Of a DNA stretch of 64,000 nucleotides, positions 1-9,330 are shown piece after piece; position 1 is the first letter of the stretch; every line of letters begins with the position of its first letter. The notes below the pieces were generated by a model. The model searched no databases. It saw only the letters and a program-made list of their open reading frames with translations, and was not told the origin of the DNA. The DNA is taken from positions 3,803 to 67,802 of IMG/VR virus record IMGVR_UViG_2684623194_000001. One strand, given 5' to 3'. The stretch comes from a virus (taxonomy: Duplodnaviria > Caudoviricetes). A program made the position numbers and the translations under genes.

Positions 1-213
1 ACCGGAGACGGAGGACTGCGCGACGAGGCGCGAGACGAACGCGGCGGCGCTGGTCAGGCCCGACAGGAGCGCGAACACGCCCGGCGGCACCGGCAGCGCG
101 CCGTCGAGCGCCGGCAGCACGATCTCCAGCACGGAGAACAGGAAAGCGGCGATGATGAACCGGACGGACCAGGCGCAAGAGAGCACCCGCCGCCAGTTGG
201 GGACGAGGGTCAT
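1..213 (-). CDS. Putative holin-like small membrane protein (runs off the window edge)
   Basis: Read manually: MTLVPNWRRVLSCAWSVRFIIAAFLFSVLEIVLPAL...; two hydrophobic stretches, RBS GAGG, position at the end of the late operon. Confidence 0.6.
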   Translation of the reverse strand, partial: MTLVPNWRRVLSCAWSVRFIIAAFLFSVLEIVLPALDGALPVPPGVFALLSGLTSAAAFVSRLVAQSSVSG

Positions 214-230
214 GGTTTCCTCACAGGGCA

Positions 231-260
231 AAGAAAAGCCCGGCGCTGAGGCCGGGCTTG
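231..260 (-). terminator. Intrinsic terminator after the tandem-SGNH gene
   Basis: Minus strand AAGCCCGGC-ctcagc-GCCGGGCTT followed by TTCTTT. Confidence 0.7.
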
Positions 261-285
261 TGAGTTCAGAGGGGGAGGAAGACGT

Positions 286-3200
286 TTAGGCCGCGACGGC
301 CCCAACGCTTTGCAGGTAGGCTTTCAGGGCGTTGTAGAGCCCCGTCTTCTGGGCGGTAGTGGTGAGCGCGCCGCCCGTGTGGACGATGGCTACCTGAGCG
401 TCGCCATAGCCGTTGTTGTTGCGCAGCAGGTCCAGACCCGTCGCCAGAGAAGTCGACGCGGTGGCCAGGGTGGCGAACTGCGCGCCGTCCACCACGAGCT
501 CGGACGCGTTCGACGCCGTGCGGTTGGCAACGACATGATGCGGCGATGCGGTCGAGCCCGAGCCGCCGAGGCCGCCCGTGCTCTGGCTGACGCGCCCGCC
601 GTGCCCCGATGCGCGCGAATGGACGTTGGAGCGCCCGTTGGCTGAACCGAAGTCCTCGCCCGTCGTGCCGTCCACCAGCGTGAAGACGCCCATATGGGCG
701 CTGTCCTGCTGATGCTTCGCGCCCGTCGCCGTGCTCGGGTTGAAGTTGGTCGCGGCGAACTGGTTCGACCCGTTGCCCTTGTAGCCGCGATCCTTGGTCC
801 ACGTCGGGAACGCGGTCGAGGTCAGCGTGTAGGAGGTCGAGATCAGGTTCTCGTTCGCGGCCTGCTGCGAGTGAGCCGCGACGACATGCAGCTCGTCCAA
901 GACGGACAGGACACCCGCCGTCTTCAGGTCCCCGAACAGCTTGTCCAGCAGCCCTCGCCGCTTGTCGCTCGGCGGCGAAGTCATGCGCGCGACATAGGAT
1001 GACGCCTCGGCGTTCGTGAACGCATAGGCGGGATAGAGGGCAAGCAGCTGATCGCGCAGGAGCGCTGCGGCTTCCTTGTGGATCGGCGTCGTCGGATGCG
1101 TCTCGTCGTTGGCATTGGTGGCACGGATCACGGATCCGGCCGCGTGGGCCACGGTCGGAGATGCGCCCGTGATGGTGACGACATAGGGACCGGAGCCCGA
1201 AACGCTGACGACTTTGAACGGGAAGTTCTGGGTCGGCACCGTCTCGACATTCGCCGTGCCGGGTTCGATCACGAACGTCTCATCCACATCCGGCTTGTCG
1301 GCCATGGTCATGGTCGTGGCGTTCACCGCGCAATCGGCCGTCAGCGTCGAAGAGAACGACCGAAGCTTGAATTTGCTTGGCCCAGAATTGGCGTCCGAGC
1401 AGAGCGCAGCCATATCGAGGATGGCATCGGGGCCGAGTGAGACGCCAGCATTGTTGCGGATCCGCGCGTTAAGCTGGTCCTTGTACCCTCCGAGTTCGTA
1501 GCCGATGCCGTTGACGCCCGACGTGTACCAGGGGAACTGGTTCGTCAGGTCGGTGCAGCGATAGTTCGTGAGGATGTTCTCGCTCGATGCATTCCGGGTG
1601 CCGGTCGAGACGCGCGGCGGAATGGTCCCTTGCAGGACACGGGTGTGGCCGAACGAGCGCATCTGAGCATAGAGCGCCTGCAGGTTTTTCCAGATGACGG
1701 CATCCGTGTTGCCGCCGCCCACGTCGTTGGTGCCGAGACCCGAATAGGTCAGGGTGTGGAACCGAGCATAGGCCCGGCTGAAATAGTTGTTGGCGTTCCA
1801 GTGCCCGACCTGCCGGCCACCCAGCGAGTGCGAGAAGTAGGGAATGCCGGCGGCGAACGCCGCGCGCTTGGCATAGCCGCCGCCATTGTCGCCCACGCCG
1901 CCGCCGTCCGACAGGCGATCCGTGATGCTGTCGCCCGCGATGAACAGGGACGGGACCTGCGTCTTGCCATCCACCGGCAGGCCCACCACCATGACCGGCG
2001 CAGGGCCGGGAAGCGTGGCGCCGCCCGAGGGCTGGGTGATGCCGCCCTGGATCATGACGAGATCAGCCGGCGCCCGCGTGTCCACCGTTGGGTCGTAGAT
2101 GTAGGATGTCCCGAGCGTCTGCCCGCAGGTGTAGACCACCGCGCCGTCAGGGATGTCCACGACGGTGTTCACGTTGATCTCAAGCGAGTCCTCGAACTCA
2201 GTCAGACCGAACATTGCCGGCGTTAATTCATCCGAGAAATAGAGATCACACCCAACAGGGACGGTGAAGGTCTGGGAGTTGCCGAACAGGACGCGAACGA
2301 TCGGCGTAGGGGCACCTGTGATTTCGACCGAGCAGGCCGAGATCGGCGTCACCGGACCCGCCAATTCCTCCGCGCTGGTCAGCGATTCGATGCGGATGGT
2401 CGAGAAGCCGATGCGGAGCGACTTCTGCGAGCACCGCCCGAGCTTCATGGGCTTGCGTGCATACGTGCGGGTACGGGTGCCGAAAGCGCCGCGCGATGCA
2501 TTGTTGACCTGCCCGGCCATGGAGGCATTCTTGTAACCTGCGGCGAGGACTGCGGGCCAATTGCCCTTGGCGTTCACGCCGACAGAGGCCGTGCTGACGC
2601 GATTGTTGTTCGTTGCGGTCGGATGAGACTCCGTGATGGAAATCGCGATGCTTTCGCCCAGCGTCAGCGATCCCGAGCCCTTAACCACGTAAGCGTCGGT
2701 TCCATCGTCCACGATGCGAAGCTTGTTCCCCGCAACAGCCAGTGAAAGCGTAGACCCAGGCGTACGGCGCGCCACCCTGAAAAGTCTCGTTCCATCGGTT
2801 TCATCGACATAGGACGAGTAAGAGTTAGCCTGGGCTGTTTGGAACAGGTTGTTCAAGGTAACAGGAACAGATGGCGTGCGGCGCGGGTCAAGAAGGGACT
2901 CGGCAACCCTCACCTTGTCTTTCAGAAGCCGCGCGGCCTGAGTGACCATGTGGATGCCGTCGAACGTGTAGACGCCTGCCGCCGTGATGACGCTGGTATC
3001 GGCGTTGGCCGTGTGAGCGCGGGCGAGGTTCTGGCGGAACGTCAGCGTCCATGTGCCATTGCCATTGTTCGTGACGGCCTGAATATCTTTTGCTTCGGCC
3101 TGCGCGGAGTCGCCCTGGTTCAGAATGATGCCGTCGCCGGGCTGGACAGCGAAGTTGACGGTGGCAACCTTCTGACCCGACGCGGCGTCAGCCGTGAGCC

Positions 3201-4506
3201 GACCCTGCTGGCTCGTGACGGCAGCGAACTTGCCCGATCCCGTCGAGCTTTCGATCGCGGAGGCCAGCTCGATATACCCGTCCACATCGGACGGGGTGCC
3301 TTTGATGTAGTTGTTGAACCCGTCAATGGAGGTTGGCGCTTGGCGAACCTGCTTTGAGGCGTCGGCGCTGCTCCAAAGGAAGCTGTTGTCTGCGTTGGTC
3401 CCCTCGTCTTTCGAGAACGAGCAGGGCAGAAGCAGCGTCTGGATCAGCCGCTTATTGCCCATCGTCTTAAGCTGGGCGTGAGCGGCCTTCGCGTCGCTCA
3501 CAACGGTTGTGGCATTGCCGTTCGTCGCCGAGTTCAGGCCCATTTCGCAGAGGATGACATCGTAGGGCCAGCCCTTGGCCTCCAGCAAGGCGCGACGCTT
3601 GTCAAAGCCCTTGATTTGGACGCCAACCGGCGTGGGCGAGAGCGTGAGGTCGAGAAGCCGCGTGCCGGGAACGCCCATGTTGCCGAACGGAAGACGCCCG
3701 CTCGGTAGGGTGTTGAGAGCTCGGTCGAAGAAGCTATTCCCCCCCAACTCTTCGGCCGTGACGCCGAAAGGCATGCCCTGAGTCCGATCACCCCAAAGGA
3801 TGCTATCGCCGACCTCAAGCACTGCCATGGACTTCGCAATCGCGTCCGCACCATAAGGTCGAGCGGTGGCGAGGATGGGCAGTCCGTCGTAGATCGCGAT
3901 GCCGGGGGTGTTGGTGAAGAACTCGCCCGTGTTGTTCCGCAGGTTCGCGACCTGGGACACGGTGCCACTGCTGTTCATCCCGTCGCCGCGATTGCTCGGC
4001 GTGCTGATGATGGAGCGTGGCAGGTAGACCGGGCCTTGCGACGGGCGATATTGGTTAAGCGCCAGCTCGTCGGCTACGCCGTAACGGATCACCGAGTTTG
4101 CCGGGATCACGACGGGTAACTCGTCCGTCCAAATGGCCGTGCCATCGGCAATCGTGAACGCCTCCTGACCGTTGTAGGTCAGGTAATATTTCACGTCGTT
4201 GATCTCAGCCACGACCTGCTTGATGGGCCAATCGTTGGTGAGAGGCTGCTCGTTCGCGTACCAAGCAGCCAGCGCCAGCGAAAGGCCGTAGGTTGCCCAA
4301 GGCGGTGACGTGTCCGCAATGTAGCGCATCTTGAACAGATCGCCTGAGACGACCTGCGCACGGTTGCTCTGGACCTGAAGACGCGAGGACGAGAGCAGCG
4401 GGCGCCCGATCTTCAGACCGCCTTTGTCTGCACCCCCCGCACCAAGCGAGTTCGTCGTCAGAGCCGAGAGCGCCAGAGATCCAAACTCAGGGCTGATCCT
4501 GCTCAT
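286..4506 (-). CDS. Large tailspike/virion-associated protein with two SGNH/GDSL hydrolase domains and a C-terminal lectin-like domain
   Basis: Two GDS blocks (VGDSIL, AGDSIT), each with downstream G, GxN and DxxH motifs (DGIH, DETH). Start at ATG 4506 is coupled to the upstream stop (ATGA). Confidence 0.7.
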   Translation of the reverse strand: MSRISPEFGSLALSALTTNSLGAGGADKGGLKIGRPLLSSSRLQVQSNRAQVVSGDLFKMRYIADTSPPWATYGLSLALAAWYANEQPLTNDWPIKQVVAEINDVKYYLTYNGQEAFTIADGTAIWTDELPVVIPANSVIRYGVADELALNQYRPSQGPVYLPRSIISTPSNRGDGMNSSGTVSQVANLRNNTGEFFTNTPGIAIYDGLPILATARPYGADAIAKSMAVLEVGDSILWGDRTQGMPFGVTAEELGGNSFFDRALNTLPSGRLPFGNMGVPGTRLLDLTLSPTPVGVQIKGFDKRRALLEAKGWPYDVILCEMGLNSATNGNATTVVSDAKAAHAQLKTMGNKRLIQTLLLPCSFSKDEGTNADNSFLWSSADASKQVRQAPTSIDGFNNYIKGTPSDVDGYIELASAIESSTGSGKFAAVTSQQGRLTADAASGQKVATVNFAVQPGDGIILNQGDSAQAEAKDIQAVTNNGNGTWTLTFRQNLARAHTANADTSVITAAGVYTFDGIHMVTQAARLLKDKVRVAESLLDPRRTPSVPVTLNNLFQTAQANSYSSYVDETDGTRLFRVARRTPGSTLSLAVAGNKLRIVDDGTDAYVVKGSGSLTLGESIAISITESHPTATNNNRVSTASVGVNAKGNWPAVLAAGYKNASMAGQVNNASRGAFGTRTRTYARKPMKLGRCSQKSLRIGFSTIRIESLTSAEELAGPVTPISACSVEITGAPTPIVRVLFGNSQTFTVPVGCDLYFSDELTPAMFGLTEFEDSLEINVNTVVDIPDGAVVYTCGQTLGTSYIYDPTVDTRAPADLVMIQGGITQPSGGATLPGPAPVMVVGLPVDGKTQVPSLFIAGDSITDRLSDGGGVGDNGGGYAKRAAFAAGIPYFSHSLGGRQVGHWNANNYFSRAYARFHTLTYSGLGTNDVGGGNTDAVIWKNLQALYAQMRSFGHTRVLQGTIPPRVSTGTRNASSENILTNYRCTDLTNQFPWYTSGVNGIGYELGGYKDQLNARIRNNAGVSLGPDAILDMAALCSDANSGPSKFKLRSFSSTLTADCAVNATTMTMADKPDVDETFVIEPGTANVETVPTQNFPFKVVSVSGSGPYVVTITGASPTVAHAAGSVIRATNANDETHPTTPIHKEAAALLRDQLLALYPAYAFTNAEASSYVARMTSPPSDKRRGLLDKLFGDLKTAGVLSVLDELHVVAAHSQQAANENLISTSYTLTSTAFPTWTKDRGYKGNGSNQFAATNFNPSTATGAKHQQDSAHMGVFTLVDGTTGEDFGSANGRSNVHSRASGHGGRVSQSTGGLGGSGSTASPHHVVANRTASNASELVVDGAQFATLATASTSLATGLDLLRNNNGYGDAQVAIVHTGGALTTTAQKTGLYNALKAYLQSVGAVAA

Positions 4507-4844
4507 GCCGCCACCCAAGCCAGCTTGTCGCCAGAGTCAACGAACAGGTGAACATCGGTGCCAGCCGGGATGAGACGACGCGGGCCGATCGTCGCGTCAG
4601 GCGCTACGCCAATCGCCACCCACGCATCGATAGACGATCGGATGGTGAACACGGGAGCGCCAGCACCATTCCCGCCGGCAGGAGCCGAGCTTGTCGTCGT
4701 GGCGGCGCTCGCAAGCGTCTCAGACCAGACAGCCTTGGACAGAAGCGGAATGACCGCGATGGAAGACGAGGCGACACTGCCTGCTTGGCTGCGACCATAG
4801 CCACCGACAAAACCGCAAGCGACGTGGAGACCGGAAAGGGCCAT
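4503..4844 (-). CDS. Small phage structural/hypothetical protein
   Basis: MALSGLHVACG... with RBS AAGGA; translationally coupled to the large downstream gene. Confidence 0.65.
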   Translation of the reverse strand: MALSGLHVACGFVGGYGRSQAGSVASSSIAVIPLLSKAVWSETLASAATTTSSAPAGGNGAGAPVFTIRSSIDAWVAIGVAPDATIGPRRLIPAGTDVHLFVDSGDKLAWVAA

Positions 4845-4928
4845 GGGATTTCCTTTTCTGCATAAAAAAGGCCGCACGAGGCGACCGGGGGAACTGCTAT
4901 GGTTCGCTCTCTGGATGCGGAGGGAGCG

Positions 4929-5249
4929 ATGAGGCGAACTGTTCTGGTGCTCGGGTTGGCGATGTTGCCGCTGTCTTCAGCGCTCGCGGCGGAAGGATGC
5001 GGCGTCTACACGCTCGATACGCGGCCACCGGGCGAGAAGGTCGCTCGGATCGTTGAGGACCGCGATCTCACGATTGAGGAACAGGGAGCAAAACCGAAGA
5101 CCTATGAGCTTCGATCGGCTGGAACCGGGATTGCTGCAATGGAAGGCCATCCGACTGGGAAGACGGGTGGCGAGTTGATCGAAGTGCTCGAATTCAGAGG
5201 CGGCTTGGTCGTGGATATGCAGCCGTTCGAGCCGTTCTGTAAGCCGTGA
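4929..5249 (+). CDS. Secreted small protein (moron)
   Basis: Signal peptide MRRTVLVLGLAMLPLSSALA, RBS GGAG, opposite strand to the late genes. Confidence 0.65.
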   Translation: MRRTVLVLGLAMLPLSSALAAEGCGVYTLDTRPPGEKVARIVEDRDLTIEEQGAKPKTYELRSAGTGIAAMEGHPTGKTGGELIEVLEFRGGLVVDMQPFEPFCKP

Positions 5250-5285
5250 AGCGACTTGCCTCACGGCTTACAGGGCCTTGCCGGT

Positions 5286-6215
5286 CTATACCTTTGCACG
5301 AGATTGGGCGCTTGCGAATAATCGTTTGAACATCGGCCAGGAGTCAGACGCGCGCATTAGCGTCGTGGTGGCCGTGATCTGTTTCTGTAAATGTGGGTGC
5401 CCAACGTCCTCCGTGAGGAACTGGTGGTTGCGCCTCTTATTGTCAGGATTGCGGCTCTTTAGTTCGTCCAGCACGCCTTCCGGCAGAGCCTTGTAGATGA
5501 ACTCGTTTGTGAATTTGCCGACGACACCGGGGCGAGCGACGGATTTCGGATCATACCTCCACTTGTGGAGGCGGAAGATCTCTTCGTAGAAGCTGTCAGG
5601 GAACCGCTTGCTCCAAGGCAGTAGCTCTTTGGCGATGTACTTCTCTAAGATCGAATGCAGCTCACCGCGCTTGCGGACGGTTTCATAGCCAGTTGCCTCA
5701 TCGACCAAGGCTACGATGCCGACGCGCGCAAATCCGCGCATAAGGATCTCGCATTGCTGCGCGATAGGTTGCTGTTGCGCTTGGAGCTTGCCGGCTTGTC
5801 GAGCCGCTAGAACCGCCTCGCACAGCTCGACCAAGACCTCAGCTTCGTATCCGTAGGCCTTACCATTGGCAGGCGTTCGGAACAAAATCGGGTTCTGGAC
5901 TCTCTCCCTTAACTCATTGGAAACAAAGGAGGAAATGATCTTTCCCCCGATGAAAAGCTCAAGCCGACTCAGGCCCTTTTTCATGGACCCGCCTTGGGCA
6001 ATCGCCATTCCAGTTTGGACACCAGACGCACTCAGTACGCGCCTCTCATCGTCCAGAACATAGCACGGCAGGTCGATGTCTCCGACACGCAGTGGGTGAT
6101 CGCTCGAACCGTAGACCGCACGCGGCAACGCCTTCTCGCCGCTCCATCGTGCAATTGCTGCCTTCTTGGCATTCTCTGAGCGTTGGGCATCCTGATTGAT
6201 GAGGTCGTCTGACAT
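5286..6215 (-). CDS. P63C domain-containing protein
   Basis: Motifs LPCYVLDDERRVLS, GFARVGIVALVDEATGY, PWSKRFPDSFYEEIFRL, HQFLT; RBS GGAGG before ATG 6215. Confidence 0.85.
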   Translation of the reverse strand: MSDDLINQDAQRSENAKKAAIARWSGEKALPRAVYGSSDHPLRVGDIDLPCYVLDDERRVLSASGVQTGMAIAQGGSMKKGLSRLELFIGGKIISSFVSNELRERVQNPILFRTPANGKAYGYEAEVLVELCEAVLAARQAGKLQAQQQPIAQQCEILMRGFARVGIVALVDEATGYETVRKRGELHSILEKYIAKELLPWSKRFPDSFYEEIFRLHKWRYDPKSVARPGVVGKFTNEFIYKALPEGVLDELKSRNPDNKRRNHQFLTEDVGHPHLQKQITATTTLMRASDSWPMFKRLFASAQSRAKV

Positions 6216-6280
6216 GCTCGCATTCCTCCGTATGAATGCGAGCCAATTTAAGGCTAGCATTAAAGGCGTTCAATGCGAGC
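6216..6280. promoter_or_regulatory. Array of four AATGC(G/T)AGC repeats in alternating orientation upstream of the P63C gene
   Basis: Copies at 6216-6224 (rev), 6235-6243, 6253-6261 (rev) and 6272-6280, with 9-10 bp spacers. Confidence 0.6.
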
Positions 6281-6390
6281 CTATAGATATCCACAAGACA
6301 ACCCGCCCTATCCTCACTGGTGATCCGGACGAAATCCAGCCACGCGCTAGGCGGGTGTGATGCCATCTTCTCGTTTTGCGGGAGGGTGGA

Positions 6391-6729
6391 ATGATACGAA
6401 CTCAATACGCCGTCGCTGGAATGCTACTGGTCGCTTTGGCTGGATGCGGGACACCGGAAGAGCGCGCCGCCCGCGCAGCGCAGGAAGCCGCTCAGCAGGA
6501 AGCTCGCAAAGACGCTCAGTGCAAAAGCTATGGCTCTCGCCCTGACTCCGACGCCTATGTGAACTGCCGTGTCCAAATCGATCAAAGCGAAGCTGCTATC
6601 AACGCCGCAGCGGCCGAAAGAAGCGCGGCCGAGTTGAGGGCGACTGGCGCAAGGCTGATGAACGGCCAGCCCACCACCCGTTGCACGTCAACACCCTTCG
6701 GCAATACGATCCAGACGAACTGTTATTGA
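6391..6729 (+). CDS. Lipoprotein (moron)
   Basis: Lipobox LAGC after a hydrophobic signal; RBS GGAGG. Confidence 0.75.
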   Translation: MIRTQYAVAGMLLVALAGCGTPEERAARAAQEAAQQEARKDAQCKSYGSRPDSDAYVNCRVQIDQSEAAINAAAAERSAAELRATGARLMNGQPTTRCTSTPFGNTIQTNCY

Positions 6730-6775
6730 AGGCCCTCCTCTGGCCCACAGTCGCGGTCTTTGGCATTATGAGCGG

Positions 6776-6985
6776 ATGAAGGTTCTTCACCGCTTTGGCG
6801 TTGTGTGTTTCTGGGCTTGCTGCGCAATCGCGGCGGCCAACCCAGCTATGGCGGTGATGATCGCCGCTGGTGGTCAGCCCTTCCCTGCTTCAGGCTGGCT
6901 GCAGATTGCGTTTGCAGTTGTCGCTTGGGTCGCAGGAGGAAGCGCGATCCGCTTCATTTTTGGATGGTCCGCGAAAGATGTCTGA
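6776..6985 (+). CDS. Small two-TM membrane protein
   Basis: Two hydrophobic segments; overlaps the start of the next small gene. Confidence 0.5.
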   Translation: MKVLHRFGVVCFWACCAIAAANPAMAVMIAAGGQPFPASGWLQIAFAVVAWVAGGSAIRFIFGWSAKDV

Positions 6986-7229
6986 TCTACCGAAGACCAT
7001 TGAACACGATGAGAACGAGCCGCCGCGCGACACCTCGAAACCGCCTTGGCTGCTTTTAGCCTGCATCCTGGTTTTCGTCTGGTCCGTCACGCTGACGAAT
7101 GAGGGCATCGAATGGCGGTCTGTCCTCTTGGGAGGCTTCACCGCCATGATCTTCACTCTCTGGGCTATTGATGCGACCGGCAACAAGGTGCCGTTATCGT
7201 GGCGCCGCCGACCGACCGACCGCTTGTGA
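6978..7229 (+). CDS. Small two-TM membrane protein
   Basis: MSDLPKTIEHDENE... followed by two hydrophobic helices. Confidence 0.55.
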   Translation: MSDLPKTIEHDENEPPRDTSKPPWLLLACILVFVWSVTLTNEGIEWRSVLLGGFTAMIFTLWAIDATGNKVPLSWRRRPTDRL

Positions 7230-9329
7230 TGTGATGCTGTTGAGAACGCCAATCACGACGTTCCTTCGGCCTTCGTCTGATAGCGCCTTGGTGTTCGCCG
7301 CCGTCAAGATTTTCCGTGCCGCCGATGGATTGGTCTCCAGAAGGCCTTGAGCCACCTGCTCCACGACACGCGGAGGAAGCCCCTTCGCTTCGTTTACCAT
7401 CTTGGTCAGAGCCTGAAGTCCAGCGCCAACGAAGTCACGGTTCAGCAGACGGGACACCACAGCCGGGTCGAAGTTGGCAAAATCCTCGAAATCGGCCAGA
7501 TTGTCAGCGGTCTTAGAGCCGCCCGTGGCCGAGGCCGCCGTTTCGAACATGCGCTGTTCACGCCCTAACCGTGCCACGAGTTCGTCGCCAGTGCCAGGTG
7601 CAGCAAAAGCCGGAAGCTCCCGTCGCGCCGTGTTGCTCAGGAACGGACGAGCAGCATTTGACATGTTGCCGGTCGAAGCTTCAGCCGCCGCTATCTTGGG
7701 GTCGAAATAGCCAACGCGCGCCGCATCCCGAGCGGCGTCGTCTGGAAGCTGTTCGAAGGCAACCAGATTCTCGTCCGTCCGAGTGCGGGGTTTCGCCATG
7801 TTTTTGCCGGTCTCAACTGCATCCACGCGAGCCGAAGCGGCCTTATAGGCGTCACGAGCACCGGCATAGGTCGGTGATGTCCGCGCCAGTGCATCATCAA
7901 GCGCTTGCTGGATAGGCATTAAAGCCTGAACTTCGCCACCGCGACCATTGGCCGTTGCTGACGCGATCATGGCGTCAATATTCGTCTTCGCCCGGAAGGC
8001 CTGGGAGACGTTCGTCACCGTCAGGTTGTCGCTTGCCAGATAAGACCGAGCCGTCCTCAGCGCTTCACGAATAGGATCGCGGATCTGCGCCTCGCCGGCC
8101 TCAATCGGCGCACGGATTGCGAGATCGGTTGGCACGGCACCTTGCGAGCGCGCGAACTGGTCGGCAAGCGGGCTGATGCGCTCATTGGCGTTGCCGATTG
8201 CTGCGTTCACATTGATCGGCGCCGTCTCGCTCATGACCGGGCCGTAATTGATGCCCGCTTCCGTCTGGCGAAGCTTCTCTAGCGTGCGGGTGTATTCAGC
8301 GGCCGAAAGCGGGGAGCCGGAAGCGTCAGTGAGCGCCGATGCCACACGCCGGCCCGCATCACCTTGGCGACGGCCGAGGAATTCGACCGCCCCCTGACGA
8401 GCCTCGTTCGGGGTGCGAGTGACGACGTTCAACATGCGCTGACCAGCATTGCCGAGAGCATCGGCCACGGTGAACACGTCTTGACCGGAAGCCTGCGCAT
8501 CTTCGAGCTGGCGAACAATGCTATCAGGCGTCGCGCCGGAGCGTTTCATGGCCGTTGCGAGGGCCTTGTCCGCGAAGGGCTGCGGGGTAATGCGAGCGGT
8601 GACGATATTGCGGATAGGAGCCGTGACAGCGCCCGCGCCGGCAATAGCCAGCGGGATAGCGCCACCAGAAAGGCCTCCAACCAAGGCGCCATCACGCGCG
8701 CCAGCAAGACGCCCGCCAATTCCCTCACCCTCACCAGCGCCAGCGATGCCGCCCATGATCGCACCATCAGCAGCCGATCCAGCAGCGATGCGAGCCAGGC
8801 CGCCGCCACGAGCCATCGTGTTTGCGGCTACAGACAGGCCAGCCTTCGCCATCGCAGAACCCGCTCCGACACTGCCGGCGACCGTTCCCGCCGTCGCTGC
8901 CAACGGATGCTTACCTTCGGCGTATGCCATCAAATCGTCGCGCTTTCGCAGGCCACGATCGTAACCGTCCTTGATGCGCTGGGTGAGAGACTTCCCCTCA
9001 TCCTCGCCTGAGTATGCACCGATCGCCGCCTCGATTGGCACGCCAAGGGCCGCGCCGATCTCATTGCCCCAGCCTAGCAGAAGCGAGTCGCCACCCTTCA
9101 TCACCGAAGTCCCGAGCGCGCCGGGGTCACCGGAGGCCGGCTCCAGCGGGTCAAGCTCCTTACCAGTCGGGCTGGCGGCAACCTCGGGAGGCGTATAGCC
9201 GATGCGCTTCTGGAATTCGGCTTCCGGCATGTCGGCATAGTACTTACGATGCAGAGCGCTCGCCAGATCCGCGTCGCTCATGTCCTCGTACTGCGGGAAT
9301 TTAGCCCGCACCTCCTGCATCGTCGGCAT
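7194..9329 (-). CDS. DNA ejection/internal virion protein
   Basis: 711 aa, Ala/Gly-rich and helical with a glycine-rich hydrophobic segment; third of three ejection-type genes after gp10. Confidence 0.7.
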   Translation of the reverse strand: MPTMQEVRAKFPQYEDMSDADLASALHRKYYADMPEAEFQKRIGYTPPEVAASPTGKELDPLEPASGDPGALGTSVMKGGDSLLLGWGNEIGAALGVPIEAAIGAYSGEDEGKSLTQRIKDGYDRGLRKRDDLMAYAEGKHPLAATAGTVAGSVGAGSAMAKAGLSVAANTMARGGGLARIAAGSAADGAIMGGIAGAGEGEGIGGRLAGARDGALVGGLSGGAIPLAIAGAGAVTAPIRNIVTARITPQPFADKALATAMKRSGATPDSIVRQLEDAQASGQDVFTVADALGNAGQRMLNVVTRTPNEARQGAVEFLGRRQGDAGRRVASALTDASGSPLSAAEYTRTLEKLRQTEAGINYGPVMSETAPINVNAAIGNANERISPLADQFARSQGAVPTDLAIRAPIEAGEAQIRDPIREALRTARSYLASDNLTVTNVSQAFRAKTNIDAMIASATANGRGGEVQALMPIQQALDDALARTSPTYAGARDAYKAASARVDAVETGKNMAKPRTRTDENLVAFEQLPDDAARDAARVGYFDPKIAAAEASTGNMSNAARPFLSNTARRELPAFAAPGTGDELVARLGREQRMFETAASATGGSKTADNLADFEDFANFDPAVVSRLLNRDFVGAGLQALTKMVNEAKGLPPRVVEQVAQGLLETNPSAARKILTAANTKALSDEGRRNVVIGVLNSITSQAVGRSAAPR

Positions 9330-9330
9330 T

